Of a stretch of 64,000 nucleotides of DNA, positions 55,737-63,012 are shown one piece after another (the first letter of the stretch is position 1; each line of letters opens with the position of its first letter). The notes under the pieces are model-generated. The model saw only the letters and a list, made by a program, of their open reading frames with translations. It was not told the DNA's origin and did not search any database. The translations under genes were made by a program, and so were the position numbers. The stretch is from an uncultured Marinilabiliaceae bacterium (GTDB lineage: Bacteria; Bacteroidota; Bacteroidia; Bacteroidales; Marinilabiliaceae). The stretch lies in contig CAZPPW010000001.1 of NCBI GenBank assembly GCA_964588595.1, positions 306 to 64,305 on the forward strand, written 5' to 3'.

Positions 55737-55847
55737 TTGGAAAAGTGTAGGTATTGGGGGTGGAATTGGTTGGAAAAGTGTGACAAATGGGGCGATTTTG
55801 TGTTGGAAAAGTGTAGTAGAATGGGGATATTTGTATTGGAAAAGTGT
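55737..55847. repeat. 4 x 33-bp tandem repeat built on TTGGAAAAGTGT
   Basis: TTGGAAAAGTGT at 55737, 55770, 55803 and 55836. The last box ends 20 nt before the ATPase ATG. Confidence 0.9.
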
Positions 55848-55867
55848 AAACATAAAGATATAAAGAG

Positions 55868-57226
55868 ATGATAGCAAGGAAGATAGACAGGTATTTGGAA
55901 GATTTCTATAAGAAGGGGAGAAAAGCGTTGCTGGTGACTGGTGCGAGGCAGACGGGGAAGACGTACTCGATAAGGCAGATGGGGCGGCGTATGTTTGAGA
56001 ACTTTGTGGAGATAAACTTCGTGTCGTCGCCCGAGGCGGCGGGGATATTCGAGGGAGCGAGGGGTGCGGAGGAGATATTATTCAGGCTGTCGGCGTATGT
56101 TAAGACTGGGTTGGAGAAGGGCAAGACGTTGATATTCTTGGACGAGGTGCAGGCGTGCCCTGAGGCGGTGACGCAGATTAAGGCGTTGGTGGAGGAGGGC
56201 AGTTACAGGTACGCGTTGAGCGGGTCGTTGCTTGGCGTGGAGTTGAACAGTTTGCGATCGGAGCCAGTGGGATATATGGAGGTGAAGGAGATGTATCCGC
56301 TTGATTTGGAGGAGTTTCTTGGTGCGATAGGGTTGCCGGGGAGTGTATTGGAGAAGGTGAGGGGGAAGTGGGAGACGCGGGAGGAGGTGGACAAGTTCGT
56401 TCATGAGCAGTTGATGAAGGCGTTCAGGCTGTATCTGGTGGTGGGGGGGATGCCTGAGGTGGTGCAGACGTATTTGGACAGTAATAATTTGCGGAGAGTT
56501 GTGGAGGTGCAGAGGAGCATATTGGGGGCGTATAGGCGAGACATTATGAAATATAGGGGCGACGCGAAGGAGAGGCTGTATATTGGGGAGATATTCGATT
56601 TGATTGCGCCCGAATTGAACAACAGGAACAAGAGGTTCATATTGAAGTCGCTGAACGAGAAGGCACGGTTCTCGCTTTATGAGAATAGTTTCTTGTGGTT
56701 GAAGGATGCGGGCGTGGCGTTGCCGACGTATAATGTGGAGGAGCTGAAGGTGCCGTTGATATTGGCGAAGACGCGGAACTTGTTCAAATTGTTTCAGAGC
56801 GACGTTGGGTTGCTGACGTGCCAGCTGACGGAGGGGATACAGTTGGAGATATTGGAGGGTAGCAGGGCGATAAATTTCGGGTCGATGTATGAGAATGTGG
56901 TGGCACAGGAGCTGAGGGCTCATGGGTTTGAGTTGTATTATTATAACAGCAAGAAGCTGGGCGAGCTGGACTTTGTGGTGGAGCGCGGTGGAAAGGTGTT
57001 GCCGATAGAGGTGAAGTCGGGGAAGGATTATGAGCGGCATAACGCGTTGTGGAACGTCATGACGTCGGTGGAGCTGAATATTGAGAGCGGGATAGTGTTT
57101 TGCAATGAGAATGTGCAGGTGAAGGGCGAGGTGACGTATATGCCTATATATATGGTGATGTTTTTGGAGAGGGGTGAGTTGGGTGACGTGGAGTATAAGT
57201 TGGACTTGTCGGGTTTGGAGGGATGA
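55868..57226 (+). CDS. AAA-family ATPase fused to a DUF4143 / PD-(D/E)xK nuclease-like domain
   Basis: Walker A GARQTGKT and Walker B LIFLDEVQ. The C-terminal GELDFVV...LPIEVKSGKDY matches a D...ExK nuclease motif. Confidence 0.85.
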   Translation: MIARKIDRYLEDFYKKGRKALLVTGARQTGKTYSIRQMGRRMFENFVEINFVSSPEAAGIFEGARGAEEILFRLSAYVKTGLEKGKTLIFLDEVQACPEAVTQIKALVEEGSYRYALSGSLLGVELNSLRSEPVGYMEVKEMYPLDLEEFLGAIGLPGSVLEKVRGKWETREEVDKFVHEQLMKAFRLYLVVGGMPEVVQTYLDSNNLRRVVEVQRSILGAYRRDIMKYRGDAKERLYIGEIFDLIAPELNNRNKRFILKSLNEKARFSLYENSFLWLKDAGVALPTYNVEELKVPLILAKTRNLFKLFQSDVGLLTCQLTEGIQLEILEGSRAINFGSMYENVVAQELRAHGFELYYYNSKKLGELDFVVERGGKVLPIEVKSGKDYERHNALWNVMTSVELNIESGIVFCNENVQVKGEVTYMPIYMVMFLERGELGDVEYKLDLSGLEG

Positions 57227-57265
57227 GGCGGGGAGGGTGGAGGGGGTATTGAGGTGAGATTGGGG

Positions 57266-57359
57266 TCAGTATTGTTTCAGTATGTTGGGGTGTTTGTTTC
57301 AGTATATCGTCACTATGTTGTCAGTATGTTGGAGCATTTGGGGAGGATGTTGGGGGCAT
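57266..57359. repeat. degenerate 10-11-bp phased array (TCAGTAT / GGAGCAT / GGGGCAT units)
   Basis: Units end in AT at 57272, 57283, 57305, 57316, 57327, 57337, 57348 and 57359. Confidence 0.6.
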
Positions 57360-57361
57360 GA

Positions 57362-57380
57362 GGGGAGGGTGAGGGGAGGG
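57362..57380 (+). other. canonical G-quadruplex motif GGGGAGGGTGAGGGGAGGG
   Basis: Four G3+ runs with 1-3-nt loops. Confidence 0.6.
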
Positions 57381-57392
57381 AATGTTAAGTGG

Positions 57393-57449
57393 AGGGGTAT
57401 AGAATGATAACTTAGGGGTATGAAATGTTATGAGGGGTATGAAATGTAA
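57393..57449. repeat. 3 x roughly 20-bp repeat AGGGGTATRRAATG
   Basis: Units at 57393, 57414 and 57433. Confidence 0.7.
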
Positions 57450-57450
57450 A

Positions 57451-57481
57451 GGGCTGGGGTCGCGAGGTGCGGCTCCAGCCC
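57451..57481. terminator. bidirectional hairpin between ATPase and SGBP genes
   Basis: 9-bp stem GGGCTGGGG / CTCCAGCCC with one G-U pair. Confidence 0.55.
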
Positions 57482-57511
57482 TTAGGTTATTAGAGGTTCA
57501 GATTATGGAGG

Positions 57512-59794
57512 CTATTTGATGGCGACTTTAGTGATGGTGAGGTTATCGCCAGTCATTACGAGACCACCGTTGTTGATGAGGTCGTCGATAGCAGCCTGCG
57601 TGAGGACGAACTCGATGGTGGTTTCGTCGACCTCGTCGGCGACGTCGTATTGACCTGGGGCATCGACGAGGGCACCCCAACCATTACCGTGGCGGAGGGA
57701 GAGGCATCCCCATGCACCAGTGGTGTTCTTCTTGACGGAGAAATAGAGTGTCTGCCCTGCGGAGACTGTGCTCCAATCGAAGCCGCCCCATGCGAGGTCT
57801 TGGTTACCGCCCCAGCCTGCGTTGCTGAACTCGCCGGTCCAGATGGCTTTGGGTGCGGAGTAGTCCTTAACCCAAGAGATTGAGGAGACTACCGCGCCGT
57901 CGCCCTGGAGGATTATTGAGTAGCCCCAGTCGGAGTATGGAAGGAGAGCGGGGTTGAGGTCAATATAGCTATTTGCGATGTGGTCTGCGACAAGCTCAGC
58001 TGTTGTTCCGTCGTAGATATTGCCCCAGTGACCGTCGAATATCTTTATTTGAGGATAGGTGTTGCTCACTGTGAAGTTGACACGGATCTTAGCGTCGGCA
58101 GGGACACCAGAGAAGTCAACCATGGTCTCGAAGTTAGCGCTCCAGCCTTCAAGGTTCATAGCACCAATCCAGAGGACGGTCTCAACGATGCCAGCACCTA
58201 CTACCTTCACTGTGTAATCGACATTGGTTTCGCCAGAGACAAGGGTCATCTTGACATCGCCAGTCTCTGTGCCAACGTTGACATAGAGCTTAGCGCCGAC
58301 GAGCAGGTATTGGGTGGGCGAGCCGCCGATAAGGACGTTTGTGAGGCTTGCACCATTCTTGACATCGCACTCGAGCAACTGTCCAAGAGTTGTCTCTTCG
58401 GCAGCGAAGTTGTAGACAGCACAGAAGTTGAAGCTGTTCACGGTGAAGGACTCAGCGGCTACACATTCCTCGCCATTGTCCATGACATAGGTCACCTTGC
58501 CGCTTTCAGCGTCGAGAGGCACTGTTGCAGAGAATGCGCCATCCTTAGCAGTTACGGTAGCCTCGAGGCTGCCGAACTTGATAGTAGTTACACGCTCGGC
58601 GAGGGTAGACTCGACAGTGATGACGTCGAGAGGAGTAGCAGATGCGGGGAAAGTGAAGGCGGGTTTTGTTGTCTCGAAGCCCGATACGGCGACGGTAGCG
58701 CCATTAGCGAGGGTGAGGGTGATGTCGCCACTCTTAGCCTCGGTGGTTACGACGACTTTGAGGTCGGAGCCTACGAGGTTGGCGTCGTAGGAGGCGCTGG
58801 CGTCGTTGGTGAAGGCGACGGTCTTGACGAGGTCGAGGTTGTCGCCGGTTATTACGACGGTGTCGCCTACGGCGTAGGAGGCCTTAGCGTCCTTGATGGA
58901 GGCTGTGGGGAGTACTGTGGCGTAGGAGCCAGCGGTAATCTCGAGGCCGGAGTAGAGGGTCAGGGTGACGTTGCCGTCGGTGGCGGTGTCGGCTACCTTA
59001 GCTGAGATTGCGGTCTTGGCAGCGAAGGGGTCGGAAGCCTGAGGTACGGCTACGGCATCTTGTCCGGGGATGTTGATGCTCTTGACGAGTTGGAGGTTGA
59101 CACCAGTGATGTTGAGAGACTCACCAGCCTTGATTGTGGTGTTGGTGATCTTCACGCTGGTGGGCTCGACAACGTTGAGGATTTCTTCGCTCTCGAGGAG
59201 AACCTCGGTGGTGTCAGTGCCGTCGATGCTGTAGTAACCGATAGAGAGCTTGCCAGTGGAGGCGTCGATAGGCACCTTAACTGAGAACTCTGTGCGGTTG
59301 GTATTGTTGACCTCTACATTGTCGCCCGTGGCAAACTGGACGAAGTTGATGTAGTTGAGGTAGGTGCCGGTAATCTTGACAGACTGACCTGCGAGGATCG
59401 GGTCGGCCTCGGCCTTGAAACCGGTGAACTCGATAGGTTCGGTGAAGGCTATCTGCTTAGTCTCGAGCTCTCCGCCGTTGTAGATGAGTTTCACTGTACC
59501 GACTTCAGCCTCTTCGGGTACGAGGGCGCGGATGGTGTATTGGTCGACCACCTCGGGTGTTGAGGATACGCCGCCTGGGAACTCCACGCTGGTTATCTGG
59601 TTGAGGTTGGAGCCTTTGAAGGTCATGTATGCACCGCGAGTTACTTGGAGCGATGCCGCGGTGAGGCTTACGCCGCCGCTGAACTGATTGGTGTCGTAGT
59701 CGTCATCGTCGTCACAAGAGGAGACGAGAGCGCCACTGGACAGGGCCAGGAGGCCGGCCATCAGTATTGCTATATTTTTCTTATAAAGCTTCAT
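57512..59794 (-). CDS. surface glycan-binding lipoprotein with IPT/TIG-like Ig repeats
   Basis: Lipobox LVSSCDDDDD and several roughly 85-aa beta-rich repeats (...TFKGSNL..., ...ITGTYL..., ...ITGVNL..., ...ITGDNL...). Positioned downstream of SusD. Confidence 0.65.
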   Translation of the reverse strand: MKLYKKNIAILMAGLLALSSGALVSSCDDDDDYDTNQFSGGVSLTAASLQVTRGAYMTFKGSNLNQITSVEFPGGVSSTPEVVDQYTIRALVPEEAEVGTVKLIYNGGELETKQIAFTEPIEFTGFKAEADPILAGQSVKITGTYLNYINFVQFATGDNVEVNNTNRTEFSVKVPIDASTGKLSIGYYSIDGTDTTEVLLESEEILNVVEPTSVKITNTTIKAGESLNITGVNLQLVKSINIPGQDAVAVPQASDPFAAKTAISAKVADTATDGNVTLTLYSGLEITAGSYATVLPTASIKDAKASYAVGDTVVITGDNLDLVKTVAFTNDASASYDANLVGSDLKVVVTTEAKSGDITLTLANGATVAVSGFETTKPAFTFPASATPLDVITVESTLAERVTTIKFGSLEATVTAKDGAFSATVPLDAESGKVTYVMDNGEECVAAESFTVNSFNFCAVYNFAAEETTLGQLLECDVKNGASLTNVLIGGSPTQYLLVGAKLYVNVGTETGDVKMTLVSGETNVDYTVKVVGAGIVETVLWIGAMNLEGWSANFETMVDFSGVPADAKIRVNFTVSNTYPQIKIFDGHWGNIYDGTTAELVADHIANSYIDLNPALLPYSDWGYSIILQGDGAVVSSISWVKDYSAPKAIWTGEFSNAGWGGNQDLAWGGFDWSTVSAGQTLYFSVKKNTTGAWGCLSLRHGNGWGALVDAPGQYDVADEVDETTIEFVLTQAAIDDLINNGGLVMTGDNLTITKVAIK

Positions 59795-59875
59795 GGTTTG
59801 AAAAATGCTTTATGGACATTGATTTTGAGAGAGTGTGTCGGGAGAGGGGAGGAGTCTCCCGACATATCTCAATGT

Positions 59876-61222
59876 CTATTTGTAGGGGACAGCACGGATG
59901 TTGTCGATACGGAAGATAGGAGCGCACTCGGTGCCGTCGACACCACCGGCGATAGGCCAGAGAACGAATGTGGCGAAGTCTTCAGCAGAGGATAGAGCTA
60001 CGGAGCCCTTAGTGCCGTCGTAGTTGTAGACGAACTCGGAGATGGGCACGGTGACTGTTATCCACTTGTCGCCAGTGTCGAAGCTGCCTGTTGTCTCCCA
60101 TGGGCGGTAGAGACCGCGGCATAGACCGTAGTCGACACCGATGTAGGCGTTGTTCTGCCAGTTCTCGTTGGCTGTGCCGAGCTTAGCCTCGCATACTGCC
60201 TGGCTTGCGTTGGTGAACACGAGCTGCAAAGCACCTGCCGACCATGGGTTGCTCTTGGGGATGTAGAGCTCGAACTTGACGGCCATATTGGCGAAGTCGG
60301 AGAAGTCGATGAGGTTGCAGAAAGGCGTGCCTGCCTCGCCTGGTGCGATAGCGTAGGGATCGCCGCCCCAGTTACCTGCCCAGAAGGGGAGTTTAAAGTT
60401 CTCTATCCAACCGCCGTCGGTGGTGGTGGAGCCGTCGCCAAGTTGGCAATAGTCGCCACAGCCTGTGAGTCCACCTTCGGAAGAGTAGGTAGCGGAGATG
60501 TTCCAACCTTGGGGAGCCTTGCCGTTGGAGCTTACGCCGCCACCAGCGTTGAAGTCGGCCATCATGCCACGGTTGTCGTTGAAGAAGAACTTGGTGGACT
60601 TGGTGGTGCCGTACTTAGATGTGATGGTGACAGCTCCGGACTCGGTGCAACCATCGGGAATGACGAAAGATACGGCAGTCTGCGAGAGGCTCGTGAAGTC
60701 GGTAACCTTTGTGCCGTCGGGCATGGTTATGACGAGAGGGTCGGTCTCGTAGGAGAGGAAGTAGTCACCGTTGATTGTGGCGACCTCACCTGGCGCTACG
60801 TACTCGCAGTCCATGGTGGAGAGGAGCGGAGCGGCGATGTTGACAGTGAAGTCGAAGGTTGTGGTGTCGCCACTGTTATTAATCATGTAGATCTTGTCCG
60901 TTGGGTTGTTGGGCAAGGCACGTGGGACAGTAGTGAAGAGAGCGTGGTCTGTGATGAGGGAGCTGTTGAGCACGGCTTCCTGATCGTTGAAGAACAGCTT
61001 GGTTATAGAGCGGAGGTTGTTGCCGATGAGGACAACTCGGTTGTTAGTGAAGGCCGAGGTTATGAGAGAGTCCTTGTTGGTGGGCATGCAGATGTAGATG
61101 ACCTCCGGGTTGCCGTCTGCCACCTCGTACTTGTCTGGCTCGTCCTCGCATGCTACGAGGGAGAGAGCGGCAAGGGTCATGAGGCTGGCGGAGCGGACGA
61201 TATGCTTGAGATTAAGTTTCAT
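59876..61222 (-). CDS. SusE/F-position surface glycan-binding lipoprotein
   Basis: Lipobox LSLVACEDEPD and an IPT-like N-terminal domain (...LIGNNL...). Immediately follows SusD. Confidence 0.6.
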   Translation of the reverse strand: MKLNLKHIVRSASLMTLAALSLVACEDEPDKYEVADGNPEVIYICMPTNKDSLITSAFTNNRVVLIGNNLRSITKLFFNDQEAVLNSSLITDHALFTTVPRALPNNPTDKIYMINNSGDTTTFDFTVNIAAPLLSTMDCEYVAPGEVATINGDYFLSYETDPLVITMPDGTKVTDFTSLSQTAVSFVIPDGCTESGAVTITSKYGTTKSTKFFFNDNRGMMADFNAGGGVSSNGKAPQGWNISATYSSEGGLTGCGDYCQLGDGSTTTDGGWIENFKLPFWAGNWGGDPYAIAPGEAGTPFCNLIDFSDFANMAVKFELYIPKSNPWSAGALQLVFTNASQAVCEAKLGTANENWQNNAYIGVDYGLCRGLYRPWETTGSFDTGDKWITVTVPISEFVYNYDGTKGSVALSSAEDFATFVLWPIAGGVDGTECAPIFRIDNIRAVPYK

Positions 61223-61236
61223 CGCTTAGTCAGTTT

Positions 61237-62997
61237 TTAATAGTTGTACTGGTCGATGTCGACATCAATGGGATCCTCGAGGAGGTGCGGGTTCATAGCC
61301 TTATCCGTGTCGGGGAATGGGAGGGTGAAGGTAGTAACCGAATTGAGTTTGCTGGAAGAGAGGGTGCAGCTGCTGACATCCCATGTGGAGTAGCCGCTGG
61401 TGAACCATGTCTTGTAGGCATCGGAGAGGCCGGAGTATGTGCCACGCTCTTGTGCAAGTAGCTCTTGCTCCGCACGAGCTGAATTGTAGTAGGAGAGGCG
61501 TACGAAGTCGTACCAGCGGTCGCCTTCGCAAGCGAGCTCGAGACGGCGCTCTTTCCAGATTTGCTCCCAGGTGATAGAGGTTTCCTCTTTCCATGTGCAA
61601 GAGCGGTTGTGGACAGCATTGAAGGCTGAGAGGGCATCGGCGTTGGTGGTGGTGCCGCCATCGATGAGAGCCTGAGCCTCGGCAAGGACGAGGTATACAT
61701 CGGCAAGACGGAGGATGTGCGTGGCGAGAGATGTACACATTTTCTGCATACCGTAGCCTACGCCAGCGATATGGTCAGCGTTGTCGCCGACGAGGTGCTT
61801 AACCTCTTGCGCGCCCGTGGGGCTTTGGAATGTGCCGCCACCAGTGAGGTTATCGCGAGAAGCTATGATGTCTGCATCCTCATTGAAATAGAAGTCGCAG
61901 ATCTCGAAGCCGAGGTTGTCTTTGAAAGTGCTGGTGTGGTCGGTCCAGAAATACTCGTAGAAGTCGCCAGCCATCATTAGGGTAGCCTTACGACGTGCAT
62001 CAACGTTGTTGCGGTTCTGGTTGAGTGGGTCTTCCTCGAAGGCCTTGATAAGGTCGACAGATGGGCCAGTCCAGCCACCCCATGTAGAACCAGTCTCATC
62101 GAATCCAGATGGAGCGAGGTCGGACTGAAGAGTATTCTGGCGAGTCCAGTTGTTGCCGTCGGCAGTCCAACGCCATGCTATGAGGCTCTCGGGGCAGGTG
62201 TTGTTGGCGAGGCGGAAGATGTCGGCATAGTTGGCCATGAGTTCACGACCGGAGTTGTCTTTGACATCCTTGGCATACTCGACGGCCTTTTGGAGGTCTT
62301 CCTTGTTGAGAGTGCCGCTAATACCAGCCTTGGTGAGGTATACCTTGGCGAGGAGGCCTTCGGCGCAGTAGCGGTCGATACGGCCCTCATCGTTGGTAGC
62401 AGGGAGCCACTCGATAGCCTTCTCGAGGGTCTTGACGATGTAGTCGTAGACATTCTCGGGCTTAGCACGGTAGACATCGTTGTAGTTGCCATCGGCAATC
62501 ATAGACGAGTTGTCGTGGATGATAGGCACACCGCCGAAACTGCGGACGAGATAGAAGTAGGCGAGGGCTTTGAGGGTAAGGCACTCACCTTTGGCGGTGA
62601 GTTTGCCAGCCTCGGTGCATGCGCTACCTGCCTTCTCGTCGATGTTCTTGATCTGGGTGTTGCAGTAGGCGTTGACAGACCAAAGAGAGGCGGACATGTT
62701 GACGAGGTCGTCATCGGTGCCGTTGACGGTCATTGTGAGGTAAGGGGAAGAGCCCCAATAGTAGTTACCTGCCATGACCTCACCGACCTTGAAGAAGCCG
62801 CGCTGGAAGTCGTACCAAGGCGAGTTGTAGATTGGGTTGACAGCCTGCTTGAGTTGCTCGTCGTTGAGGTAGAAGTTATCTACGTTGTAGCCATCCTCAT
62901 TAGGGCGGTCGAGGAAGTCATCACAAGCCGAGAGCGAGAGGCTCGCCACGGCCATCAGGGCGATGGCTTTAGTATATTTAAAATTACCGTATTTCAT
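61237..62997 (-). CDS. susD: SusD/RagB-family nutrient-binding outer-membrane lipoprotein
   Basis: Lipobox LSLSACDDF. 586 aa with TPR-like helices and a ...RRLELACEGDRWYDFVR... signature. Confidence 0.9.
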   Translation of the reverse strand: MKYGNFKYTKAIALMAVASLSLSACDDFLDRPNEDGYNVDNFYLNDEQLKQAVNPIYNSPWYDFQRGFFKVGEVMAGNYYWGSSPYLTMTVNGTDDDLVNMSASLWSVNAYCNTQIKNIDEKAGSACTEAGKLTAKGECLTLKALAYFYLVRSFGGVPIIHDNSSMIADGNYNDVYRAKPENVYDYIVKTLEKAIEWLPATNDEGRIDRYCAEGLLAKVYLTKAGISGTLNKEDLQKAVEYAKDVKDNSGRELMANYADIFRLANNTCPESLIAWRWTADGNNWTRQNTLQSDLAPSGFDETGSTWGGWTGPSVDLIKAFEEDPLNQNRNNVDARRKATLMMAGDFYEYFWTDHTSTFKDNLGFEICDFYFNEDADIIASRDNLTGGGTFQSPTGAQEVKHLVGDNADHIAGVGYGMQKMCTSLATHILRLADVYLVLAEAQALIDGGTTTNADALSAFNAVHNRSCTWKEETSITWEQIWKERRLELACEGDRWYDFVRLSYYNSARAEQELLAQERGTYSGLSDAYKTWFTSGYSTWDVSSCTLSSSKLNSVTTFTLPFPDTDKAMNPHLLEDPIDVDIDQYNY

Positions 62998-63012
62998 GGT
63001 GTAGAGAGTGGA

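Noticed and set aside
55640-55877. Tandem repeats considered as a CRISPR array, and the 62-aa ORF 55689-55877 (periodic TLFQ)
   Set aside because: The units are contiguous (22 and 33 bp) with no unique spacers of CRISPR size, no cas genes are present, and the repeats are not palindromic. The ORF periodicity is just the 33-bp repeat read in frame.
56441-56460. G7 homopolymer (GTGGGGGGGA) inside the ATPase gene as a phase-variation tract
   Set aside because: The run is short and encodes Gly-Gly in a G-rich gene. There is no evidence of length variation from a single sequence.
56078-57040. 320-aa - strand ORF inside the ATPase gene
   Set aside because: It is antisense to a gene with clear Walker A/B and nuclease motifs. 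The translation is Leu/Gln/Pro/Arg/His low complexity, produced by the G/T-rich sense strand lacking reverse-strand stops.
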